A DNA stretch of 43,311 bases. Origin: Treponema sp. GTDB lineage: Bacteria; Spirochaetota; Spirochaetia; Treponematales; Breznakiellaceae. A program made the translations under genes and the position numbers. The stretch spans positions 1 through 43,311 of the forward strand of contig JAISBK010000113.1 of assembly GCA_031266255.1 (NCBI GenBank), in the 5' to 3' direction. The notes under the pieces are model-generated. The model was given only the letters and a program-made list of their open reading frames with translations, did no database searches and was not told the DNA's origin. Shown piece after piece: positions 7,985 to 16,135 of this stretch (positions are counted from its first letter, which is position 1; each line of letters begins with the position of its first letter).

Positions 7985-9595
7985 ATGGAAGAACGATTAA
8001 TAATTCTGGGAGCAGGGGTGATGCAGGGACCTGCTATCAGAATTGCCAAGGCATTAGGTCTTGAAACAGTAGTAGTGGATGCGGATCCCGAGGCTCCCTG
8101 GGTTTCCTTAGCGGATCGCTTTGAGCAGATCGATTTAAAAGACAAAGAGCGCATTGCAGCCTTGGGAGCTTCCCTTAAAGCCCAGGGGGGCTTAGGGGGG
8201 ATCATGACCGCAGGAACCGATTTTTCCACCACCGTCGCCTGGGTTGCAGCGCAACTAGGGCTTCCTGGGATCTCCTATGAGGCTGCCCTTAATGCTTCGG
8301 ACAAGGAACGGATGCGCGGATGCTTTCAGGCGGCAGGATTGCCCTCTCCGGCGTTTGTAGTGGTTGACGCGGTTCCTGATTCTGGATTTTTCCCGTCCTT
8401 GGGGTATCCCCTGGTGGTCAAACCGGTCGACAATATGGGCGCCCGGGGCTGTCGTAGGGTTGACGGTCCTGAAATGCTCGGTGCCGCGGTAACCGATGCA
8501 CTTAAGTTCTCCCGAACAAATCGGGTCATTTTGGAAGCATACATGGAAGGACCTGAATTTTCGGTGGACGCCCTGGTATATCAGGGGGAGATCACCATCT
8601 GCGGTCTGGCAGATCGGCATATCTTTTTTCCTCCGTATTTTATTGAAATGGGCCATACTATGCCTACCGCCCTCAATCCGGCTGCTGCTGAAATCCTGCT
8701 TGCGGTCTTTAGGGCAGGAATCAGGGCCTTGGGTATCACCAACGGAGCCGCGAAGGGAGATATCAAACTCACCGCCCAGGGGCCTATGATAGGAGAAATT
8801 GCCGCCCGGCTTTCTGGGGGGTATATGTCAGGCTGGACTTACCCCTACTCATCAGGGGTGGAAGTTACCCGGGGAGCTATCCTGATTGCCTTGGGGAAGG
8901 CCCCCCAAGGACTCAAACCGATTCGGCATTGGACGAGCGCGGAACGGGCCTTTATCTCCATACCTGGAAAGGTCAAAGCTATTCACGGTATTGAAGCAGC
9001 CCAATCCCTTTCGTATGTGACTGATCTGTTTCTCCGCATTGAGCCGGGAACCCAGGTTCAGTTTCCGGAGAACAACGTAAGTAAATGTGGGAATATCATC
9101 AGCGCGGCTCCTACACGGGAAGCCGCGGTAAACGCCGCAGAACAGGCTGCCCGTTTGATTTTGATCCGGCTTGAGGCGCCGAATCAAGAGACCGAACACT
9201 TCCTCGCTTCCGATGCTGAAGTAGAACCATTTCCCCCTGATGCCTTTACCCTTCCAGAATCCCTCAGATCCCTCTTGGCTGCTTTCCCAGAACCGGATCA
9301 GACAAAGCTTGATGCAGAAACGGCTTCCGCTCAAAAGCCCCAGGTAGTACTGCTTCCGTTTCAGCCCTTGATCGAAGCAGGCTTACAAGATTATACCGGG
9401 AGGACCGTACAAGAGAGCCTTGAAGCGGTCCGGGCCATCACCGGGTTTCCCCTTCCCCTGGGGGAAGTTGGGGAGACTGGGGAAAAGACCGTGGTGCTAG
9501 GCCGCCGTTTCTGGGCTGCCCTGATCCGGGGAGGGTATCAGGGCGCGGTATATATAGTGGATACCTTCGTACCGGTCCATTCCTCTAGCAGGTAA
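7985..9595 (+). CDS. ATP-grasp domain protein (carboxylate-amine ligase type) with about 150-aa C-terminal extension
   Basis: LIILGAGVMQGPAIRIAKALGLETVVVD (pre-ATP-grasp Rossmann). YPLVVKPVDNMGARG...EAYMEGPEFSVDAL...GHTMP are typical ATP-grasp blocks. Confidence 0.85.
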   Translation: MEERLIILGAGVMQGPAIRIAKALGLETVVVDADPEAPWVSLADRFEQIDLKDKERIAALGASLKAQGGLGGIMTAGTDFSTTVAWVAAQLGLPGISYEAALNASDKERMRGCFQAAGLPSPAFVVVDAVPDSGFFPSLGYPLVVKPVDNMGARGCRRVDGPEMLGAAVTDALKFSRTNRVILEAYMEGPEFSVDALVYQGEITICGLADRHIFFPPYFIEMGHTMPTALNPAAAEILLAVFRAGIRALGITNGAAKGDIKLTAQGPMIGEIAARLSGGYMSGWTYPYSSGVEVTRGAILIALGKAPQGLKPIRHWTSAERAFISIPGKVKAIHGIEAAQSLSYVTDLFLRIEPGTQVQFPENNVSKCGNIISAAPTREAAVNAAEQAARLILIRLEAPNQETEHFLASDAEVEPFPPDAFTLPESLRSLLAAFPEPDQTKLDAETASAQKPQVVLLPFQPLIEAGLQDYTGRTVQESLEAVRAITGFPLPLGEVGETGEKTVVLGRRFWAALIRGGYQGAVYIVDTFVPVHSSSR

Positions 9596-9666
9596 GTCCC
9601 TAGTCTAGCTCATCGTTGCTTCAAGCTGCGTGAGAAGGCTTTTGAGGATATTGTTGGAGGTAATAG

Positions 9667-10737
9667 ATGCATACTAGGCGTTTCTTGCTCAGGATAGTGT
9701 TTTCCAGCATCTTCTTTATATCTATACCAATCCTGGGCTTTGGGGATGAGAAGGCCCTCACCTTGGATGAAACCCTCAAAAGCCTGGATTTGCCTGAAAG
9801 CGCTACAACATTCCGTTGGGATCCCTTTTTCCAGATTGGGATCTTCGCACGGGCAGATCAGTACGCATCCTTCCAGGTTGGCCTACCTGGTGAAATAGGT
9901 CTGGTTATACTTAACGGTAAAGAAATCGTCTTTCTCTCCTCCCCCTTTCTTGAGCAAGGGGCGTTGCGGTTTCCTCAAGCTTTTGTGAACGCCCTCAGTA
10001 AGGCCTTGGAAGATACCATTCCTCAGGAAGCGCCTGTCCAATTTCGTATTGCCGGGATCATCGTAGATCCTGGTCATGGCGGTAAAGATACCGGAGCCGT
10101 GGGAAATCATAGTATTGGTGGAAAAGCTATACGGGTTGAGGAAAAGGACATTACCCTCAAGGTTTCCAAAGACCTGCATAGCCGGCTTTCCCGAAGTTTT
10201 CCTGATAAACAGGTCTTATTGACCCGGGACCAAGACACCTTCATCAGCTTGGATGATCGGGTAGCCATAGCCAATGCGATTCCCCTGAAAGACAACGAGG
10301 CCACCGTATACATTTCCATCCATGCCAATGCATCCTTCAATAAACAAGTACGGGGCTATGAGGTCTGGTACCTGAGTCCAGAGTACCGGCGGACCGTCAT
10401 TGACCAGTCGAAATACAAGGATACTCAAGAAGTTATTCCCATTCTTAATGCCATGTTGGAGGAAGAATTCACCTCTGAAAGTATTAGGATGGCTGAATCA
10501 ATTGTGAAACGGTTTGATGAAACCCTGGGCAGTTCGCTTCCTTCCCGGGGTATCAAAGCAGAGGAATGGTTCGTAGTACGGAATGTTCGGATGCCTTCGG
10601 TCTTGGTGGAGCTAGGATTTTTAAGCAATGAGACGGACGCCGCACTTTTGACCGATGAAACATACTTACAGCACTTTTCAGAAGCCTTATATAAGGGTAT
10701 CATGGATTTTGTGGGTGAGTTTGAAGGATCGTCATAA
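9667..10737 (+). CDS. N-acetylmuramoyl-L-alanine amidase (Amidase_3, AmiC-like) with N-terminal domain
   Basis: Signal peptide. IVDPGHGGKDTGAVG...SIHANA...GIKAEEWFVVRNVRMPSVLVELGFLSNETD are Amidase_3 motifs. Confidence 0.9.
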   Translation: MHTRRFLLRIVFSSIFFISIPILGFGDEKALTLDETLKSLDLPESATTFRWDPFFQIGIFARADQYASFQVGLPGEIGLVILNGKEIVFLSSPFLEQGALRFPQAFVNALSKALEDTIPQEAPVQFRIAGIIVDPGHGGKDTGAVGNHSIGGKAIRVEEKDITLKVSKDLHSRLSRSFPDKQVLLTRDQDTFISLDDRVAIANAIPLKDNEATVYISIHANASFNKQVRGYEVWYLSPEYRRTVIDQSKYKDTQEVIPILNAMLEEEFTSESIRMAESIVKRFDETLGSSLPSRGIKAEEWFVVRNVRMPSVLVELGFLSNETDAALLTDETYLQHFSEALYKGIMDFVGEFEGSS

Positions 10738-10787
10738 TGAAGCATAAACTTGAGCAAGTCTCTAAAGAATGGGTATATTAGGTTCAC

Positions 10788-11297
10788 ATGAAGGGTACGA
10801 GGAAAATTAAAAAAAATGGCGGTTTCTGGGTAAAACCCTATATCCGGCGTTTATGCTACCTGCTTCTGTTAGGGTTCTTTACCTTTACCCACTTCCGGCA
10901 GTTAAATCAGGTGAGGTGGACCTTTATGTTTTATACGTTGGGGGATGGAAAGCCGGTAGTGGAAGACCGCATGGTTTCCCGATCTCCTTCAGAAGAAATT
11001 GCCTTGAGACGCTATGTGGAGGAGGTCCTCCTTGGGCCGTTGGCGCCGGATTTTCTGCCTTTGTTTCCAAGGGAGACCCGGCTTCGTTCATTACTATACC
11101 GGGATGGAGCTGTATACGTGGATCTTTCGGAAAGCGCTGCCTTGCCCCCCTTGGAAGCCCCGGGCGGGGATATCTTTCAGAGCCTGGATACCCTCCAGAG
11201 GGGGATCCGGCGGAATTTTCCTGTGGTCAAAGAGGTGAAACTTTTTATCCATGGCCATGAGGTACTGGTCCCTCAAACCAGTGATGTGTGGGGATAA
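10788..11297 (+). CDS. GerMN domain-containing membrane-anchored protein
   Basis: N-terminal TM segment. LRRYVEEVLLGP...RLRSLLYRDGAVYVDLSE...EVKLFIHGHEV resembles the GerMN/sporulation-germination domain. Confidence 0.65.
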   Translation: MKGTRKIKKNGGFWVKPYIRRLCYLLLLGFFTFTHFRQLNQVRWTFMFYTLGDGKPVVEDRMVSRSPSEEIALRRYVEEVLLGPLAPDFLPLFPRETRLRSLLYRDGAVYVDLSESAALPPLEAPGGDIFQSLDTLQRGIRRNFPVVKEVKLFIHGHEVLVPQTSDVWG

Positions 11298-11346
11298 AAT
11301 TTATTTTAAATCGTTATAATATTGCAAAAATCAGGGTAAAAAGCCG

Positions 11347-11374
11347 TTGACAAATTAATTATATTTTGTATACT
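11347..11374 (+). promoter_or_regulatory. sigma-70-type promoter for flaA
   Basis: TTGACA (11347-11352), a 16-nt spacer, then TATACT (11369-11374), about 50 nt before the ATG. SD GAAAGGAG. Confidence 0.5.
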
Positions 11375-11422
11375 TATTAATAATAGTATGTTAAAACTAC
11401 AGACAATTGAAAGGAGCTGTGA

Positions 11423-12481
11423 ATGAAACGTATCTTCATTCTTGTCGTCGTCACGTTGTTAGCAATGGGCTCGGTGTTTGCTGAAGAGTCGATACTTATC
11501 GATTTCTCAAAATTAACAGCCGATATTGTTCCCGATCAAAATGACGTGCCAACTCAAAATCGTGCGACCTTGATGGATTTCACCAATGAGGCCACCAGTA
11601 ACTTCACTGCTAGGCAGAGAGTAGCGATGAAGTCTTCTTTAGCTATAGACAGGTGGGATGTGGTATTTTCGTCCTCTTCACGGAATGTCACCACTAAGCA
11701 TCTAAGTTATACTAAAGAAGCCCCTTCCAAAGAGTGGGGCACAGTGATGGGCGTTCGGGTACACTTCCCGGTGGAGCCCTTTAATTCTTGGGCTATTGTA
11801 AAGCCGCCCTTTGATATTCCTGCATTTGAACCTCCAGCAGAGATTGATGATGACGGAAATATCCAGCCTGGTGAAGCATCTGGTGTTACTGGTCCTAGCC
11901 GGTTTGAAGGTGAAGCTGATGAAGACGGCAAGCCGGTTGGTGGTTTCGGGGTGCTCAAGAACGTAGGAACCATTAAGTCAATAGCGGTAAATGCCTATGG
12001 ACTCAATTTCCCCCACGCGCTTTCGGTAATTTTGGTAGATGACAAAGGGAACGAAAAAACCTATTTCATGGGTTATCTTAACTTTGAAGGTTGGGGAGAA
12101 CTCCGGTGGGATAATCCTGCGTATGTGCAGAACGTACGGAACCGGGAATTGCGCCTATACCCCATCTATCCAGATTCAACGCCTTTTGTGAAGTTTGGTG
12201 GATTCCTCATTCAGCGGAGCGCCTCCAGTCCTGGCGGAGATTACATTGGTTATTTCAAGGATGTTAAAGTCATCTACGATAAGGCCGTATTGGATACTGA
12301 ACGGGATATTGAGGATGAATCCCTGTGGAATATCATCCAGGATCGGGAAACTGCCCGGAAAACCTCAGAATTGCAGCGGCTTGGTCAGCAAGAAGTCCAG
12401 CGCTATTTGGATAATGAACGGCAAGCTACTGAAACTACCTTTACCCCCACCGCGGGTGCTAGTAGTGAGGCTGAAGAATAA
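11423..12481 (+). CDS. flaA: flagellar filament outer layer (sheath) protein FlaA
   Basis: Signal peptide, then EESILIDFSKL...GVLKNVGTIKSIAVNAYGLNFPH...GDYIGYFKDVKVIYDKAVL. This matches my recollection of Treponema FlaA sequences along the whole length. Confidence 0.85.
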   Translation: MKRIFILVVVTLLAMGSVFAEESILIDFSKLTADIVPDQNDVPTQNRATLMDFTNEATSNFTARQRVAMKSSLAIDRWDVVFSSSSRNVTTKHLSYTKEAPSKEWGTVMGVRVHFPVEPFNSWAIVKPPFDIPAFEPPAEIDDDGNIQPGEASGVTGPSRFEGEADEDGKPVGGFGVLKNVGTIKSIAVNAYGLNFPHALSVILVDDKGNEKTYFMGYLNFEGWGELRWDNPAYVQNVRNRELRLYPIYPDSTPFVKFGGFLIQRSASSPGGDYIGYFKDVKVIYDKAVLDTERDIEDESLWNIIQDRETARKTSELQRLGQQEVQRYLDNERQATETTFTPTAGASSEAEE

Positions 12482-12518
12482 GTCGAGTAAAGTGCTTATC
12501 CACGTAGTATCATGAACT

Positions 12519-12569
12519 AAAGCTGCCTAAAAAATCCTTAGTGGATTTTTAGGCAGCTTTTTAGTTTTT
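12519..12569 (+). terminator. rho-independent terminator of flaA
   Basis: An about 18-bp stem (AAAGCTGCCTAAAAAATCC / GGATTTTTAGGCAGCTTT, one bulge), a 5-nt loop, then TTAGTTTTT. Confidence 0.8.
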
Positions 12570-12591
12570 ATAGGGAAAACTGGATCATAGG

Positions 12592-13869
12592 ATGTATACT
12601 TGTGCAATTCCCGATCAGCATATACTCCGAAAAACATACGAAACGTATGCCCAGGTAAGGATTTTAATTACCAGGGATATTGAAATCATCCTTGAGGAAA
12701 AGCTCAAGTTTCTTTCATCCCGTCCGCTCGTTAAAGGCCGGGTTAAGGAATTTGAGAGCTATTATAAAAAATACATCAGGCTTCTTCAAAAAGATCCGCT
12801 CTGTTCAAATGATCTGGGGATTACCGATGTAATCGGTATTAGGGTTGTATGCCCTTTTTTTGAAGATCTCGCGGTAGTTGAAAGATGCTTGAAAACGAAT
12901 TTTGCAGTTATCGAGATAGAACGGAAGGGTTCTAATTATTCTTTCAAAGAATTCGGGTATGAATCAATTCATTTCTTGATAAAAATCCCTGAACCTCTAA
13001 TCAAGAAGCGGGGCAACTGCGGATTAGACGTAGTAGAGATTCAAATTCGTACTATTCTCCAGGATGCTTGGGCTGAAGTGGAACATGAGCTGGTGTATAA
13101 AGCGGCGTTTACTCCTTTCGATGAACCTATGAAACGTAAATTAGCGGCTTTGAATGCTAGTCTTTCCCTGGCAGATACGATTTTTCAGGAAGTCAGGACC
13201 TATCAGCGAAAACTTAACCGGGAATTGGAAAAGCGGCGGGATTCTTTTTTTAAGAAGATTGAAGCATCCATTGATACCCCGCTGTTTACTAAGGAAAAAT
13301 CAAAAAAGCCTGCTCAGAACCATCAAAAGGAAATTGCAATTGACAAAAGCCAAATAGACGCACCGACCCCGGATGCAGGAGACTCTCTGGAAAATAATTC
13401 AATTGATGAACTTTTGCTTAAAGCCCTGCATGCCCATAATGAGCATCGATTTACGGCAGCCATGGGCTTATACACCTATATTCTAAAAATGGAGCCTGAA
13501 AATACCATTGCGTCTCTTATTTATAAACACCGGGGCATGGCCAATTTTGCCCAATCTTGCTATGAGGACGCAATCCAGGATTTTACCTGTTCTGTAGAAC
13601 TAGATCGTGAATCCTATAAAGCGGTCTATTTTCGGGGTATCGTTAAAACGGTTTTGTTACAGTACCTTGAGGCCATTGATGATTTTACCCTATCCCTCAA
13701 GATAAACCCCTATCAGGCTTTTTGCTACTATCGCCGGGGACAAGCCTATTATCACTTGGATGACTTTCTCAAAGCCTTGACGGATTGTGAAGCAGCCTTA
13801 ACGTTAGAACCTGATTCCAAGCCTATAAGCCGATTCAAGGAACTCCTCCTCAATAAACTAAACAGGTAG
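12592..13869 (+). CDS. RelA/SpoT-domain small alarmone synthetase fused to C-terminal TPR repeats
   Basis: GRVKEFESYYKK...ITDVIGIRVVCPF...FGYESIHFLIK...VEIQIRTILQDAWAEVEHELVYK is the (p)ppGpp synthetase fold. No HD hydrolase domain. The C-terminal about 150 aa show TPR periodicity (A..Y..AL...P....Y). Confidence 0.85.
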   Translation: MYTCAIPDQHILRKTYETYAQVRILITRDIEIILEEKLKFLSSRPLVKGRVKEFESYYKKYIRLLQKDPLCSNDLGITDVIGIRVVCPFFEDLAVVERCLKTNFAVIEIERKGSNYSFKEFGYESIHFLIKIPEPLIKKRGNCGLDVVEIQIRTILQDAWAEVEHELVYKAAFTPFDEPMKRKLAALNASLSLADTIFQEVRTYQRKLNRELEKRRDSFFKKIEASIDTPLFTKEKSKKPAQNHQKEIAIDKSQIDAPTPDAGDSLENNSIDELLLKALHAHNEHRFTAAMGLYTYILKMEPENTIASLIYKHRGMANFAQSCYEDAIQDFTCSVELDRESYKAVYFRGIVKTVLLQYLEAIDDFTLSLKINPYQAFCYYRRGQAYYHLDDFLKALTDCEAALTLEPDSKPISRFKELLLNKLNR

Positions 13870-13908
13870 GGTCCACGGAGAAGCCTTCTGTGCTTACCTG
13901 GGGTTCGA

Positions 13909-15048
13909 TCACCCAACCTGCAAGGTCTGCAAAAAGTATCCGGTTGGTTCCCATGCCCGTTCTCCATAGCCCCCGGCCATTATCCATGCGGAAGGAACCT
14001 GCTGTTTCCGAAGGTACTGATATACGAGCCGGTCCCGTTCAATACAGCGATCCAAACTTAGTTTGAGAAGGTTGCTGGAAGGAAGTCCGTCATGTTCATA
14101 AGGGTCAGACCCATCAACCACGATGACCAGATCGGGGCGCAGGGTTTCAGAGCATTTCTCCAACAGCCCTAACCCCTGCTGTAATTCCGGCATATACGTA
14201 TCCTCTGCTCCTGCTTCGATGCTGATCTCCACATCCCCCTGGATCCAAGGGGCTCGGCCCGGGGGAGCGACCTGCAGCGTTTCATCATCTAGGGGCCAGC
14301 CTTTGGCCATGTGTATGGAGAGGTTGCAAATATCCAGAGCCGCTGCGGGGTCTTTATCCCCTCTCAGTTCTCCCCGCATCCGGGAAAAATGGACCAGTTC
14401 CGCAGTACCACAGCCTTTATGGGCATCCAAGTCTACAATCCAAATGCGGCGTGCCCGGTTTTCAGCCTGCAATTTCCGAGCCGCAATTATGATGTCATTG
14501 ATAAGACAGAACCCCGCGCCTTGGTCATACCGGGCATGGTGCATACCGCCCCCCAGATAATAACAGAATCCTGGCTCAGAGCGCCCTTGATCCAAGGCAA
14601 GCCGACAGGCCAAGTAGGTACCCTCAACCTGGGCTACTATAAGGTGAAACAGCTCTATGAGGGGCTTCACCGCCAGATCCGGCTCATAGCGGTTGGGTCG
14701 TCCTTGGCTGTCCATAAGCTCATAAGCGTTGAACAGGGCTTTGAGCAGTCCTTGAGAACCTTCGGGACCCTCCTGATACAGCGTCGCGATAAACTCCTTT
14801 TGATGTACCCGTTCCAAGTCCTCGCGATTTATGCATGTGGGGTTGCCTAGCAAGCCGCGTGCCTCACGACAATTGAGAACCGGCTTGAGAGGGAGGGCGT
14901 CGAGAACCCCTGCTCGGCCAAGAAAATCAATGATCCGCGATGCCCGGGCAGGGGAAATCGGGAGCATGATGCCGTAATCAGTATGGGTCATTGTGAGGTC
15001 AGGATCATATAGAATCATAGGATCAGTATATATATATGCCTTATGCAA
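13909..15048 (-). CDS. histone deacetylase-family (arginase/deacetylase fold) protein
   Basis: GGGMHHA catalytic His pair, VDLDAHKGCGT zinc-ligand block, GSDPYEHD and GGYG tyrosine motif. Confidence 0.85.
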   Translation of the reverse strand: MHKAYIYTDPMILYDPDLTMTHTDYGIMLPISPARASRIIDFLGRAGVLDALPLKPVLNCREARGLLGNPTCINREDLERVHQKEFIATLYQEGPEGSQGLLKALFNAYELMDSQGRPNRYEPDLAVKPLIELFHLIVAQVEGTYLACRLALDQGRSEPGFCYYLGGGMHHARYDQGAGFCLINDIIIAARKLQAENRARRIWIVDLDAHKGCGTAELVHFSRMRGELRGDKDPAAALDICNLSIHMAKGWPLDDETLQVAPPGRAPWIQGDVEISIEAGAEDTYMPELQQGLGLLEKCSETLRPDLVIVVDGSDPYEHDGLPSSNLLKLSLDRCIERDRLVYQYLRKQQVPSAWIMAGGYGERAWEPTGYFLQTLQVG

Positions 15049-15271
15049 TGAAAGCCTGGGGCATGAGCTTTATGTAAGGTGAAGCTGATTTATGCTACTC
15101 AGGAACAAAATTTTCTTGACCTTTATAGTACTGGTTAAGTATGTTTTTAATGAGTATTAATCTACAAGACGTAACCAGTCTTCGGTTTTAAACTCATACA
15201 AAGTACCTGTAATAGGTATACGTTTCACCACGCGACACAAGTACCGAATTCATAAAAAGGTGTGCATTGTT

Positions 15272-15961
15272 ATGGCAATAGAAACTAGTTCTCAGTATCA
15301 CGGAGAAAACCAACATTCAGAGCAGTCTGGGGAAAACCCTCAAGCTGCCCCTGATCCCCTTCCTGAGTCTGTTCAGGAAGAACCAGGCGCCGCGGAACAA
15401 GCTAAAAACCCAAGCCCAGAGGAAAAACTACAGGCCCTGGAAGAGCAGATTGCCGAGCTTAAGGATCAGTATTTACGTAAAGCCGCGGAATTTGAAAATT
15501 TCCGCAAGCGTATGTATCGGGAGAAGCAGGAAGCCATTGATTTTGCCAATCAGAGCCTGCTTTTGGACCTCATCCCTATCATTGATGATTTTGAGCGGGC
15601 CATCAAAGCCGCTGATGCTTCCCAGAAGGCTGCGACAGATTTCACCGCGTTTTACGAAGGGATCAGTATGATAGAAAAGCGCCTGTCTTCTCAATTAGAG
15701 CACAAGTGGGGCCTCAAACGCTATGATTCCACCGGAGAACCCTTCGACCCCAACCGGCATGAAGCGATCATGATGGAGAAGTCCCAAGATATAGTCGAGC
15801 CAGTGGTAAAGGAAGATTTCATTAAGGGGTATATCTTAAAGGAGCGGGTCGTAAGGTGTGCAAAAGTAAAGGTCTTGATGCCTGAGCAGTCTCTGACCGA
15901 TAGAGAAACGGAAAAGGCCGACCCTCATGGAGATGCCGCATCAGGGGAAAATCCTTCATAA
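15272..15961 (+). CDS. grpE: nucleotide exchange factor GrpE
   Basis: LKDQYLRKAAEFENFRKR...LLDLIPIIDDFERA...FDPNRHEA...GYILKERVVRCAKVKV. ATG 15272 preferred over GTG 15260 because of SD AAGGTG upstream. Confidence 0.9.
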   Translation: MAIETSSQYHGENQHSEQSGENPQAAPDPLPESVQEEPGAAEQAKNPSPEEKLQALEEQIAELKDQYLRKAAEFENFRKRMYREKQEAIDFANQSLLLDLIPIIDDFERAIKAADASQKAATDFTAFYEGISMIEKRLSSQLEHKWGLKRYDSTGEPFDPNRHEAIMMEKSQDIVEPVVKEDFIKGYILKERVVRCAKVKVLMPEQSLTDRETEKADPHGDAASGENPS

Positions 15962-16135
15962 TGATGCGGGGGATATAGGGCGTATGATCGCAATTACGTG
16001 ATTTTTTAGTATATTTATTAATACGGGATTAATCATATTTTTCTATTTTTTCTAGGTATTTTTCTAAACCAAAGGATAAAGTAAAGAAAAAGAAGCAAGA
16101 AATAATAGAAAAAATGGGAAAGGAGTTTATCATAC

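Noticed and set aside
10738-10782. 14-codon ORF (MKHKLEQVSKEWVY) between the amidase and GerMN genes
   Set aside because: It has no SD, is too short, and nothing distinguishes it from chance.
13895-13915. GGGGTTCGATCACCC looks like a tRNA T-arm
   Set aside because: The stem pairs over only 3 bp. The upstream 60 nt would lie inside the SAS-TPR coding region, and no acceptor or anticodon arms can be drawn. It overlaps the 3' end of the deacetylase ORF.
14404-14433. Deacetylase motif reads DLDAHKGCGT instead of the usual DxDxHHGDG: possible pseudo-enzyme?
   Set aside because: The Asp and His that ligate zinc in this block, the GGGMHHA His pair, the GSDPYEHD Asp and the GGY tyrosine are all present, so it is probably active. 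The substitutions are at non-catalytic positions.
15049-16135. CIRCE operator (TTAGCACTC-N9-GAGTGCTAA) or hrcA in front of grpE/dnaK
   Set aside because: No such inverted repeat exists in either intergenic region and no hrcA gene precedes grpE. Only a generic TTGACC...TATGTT-like promoter is visible.
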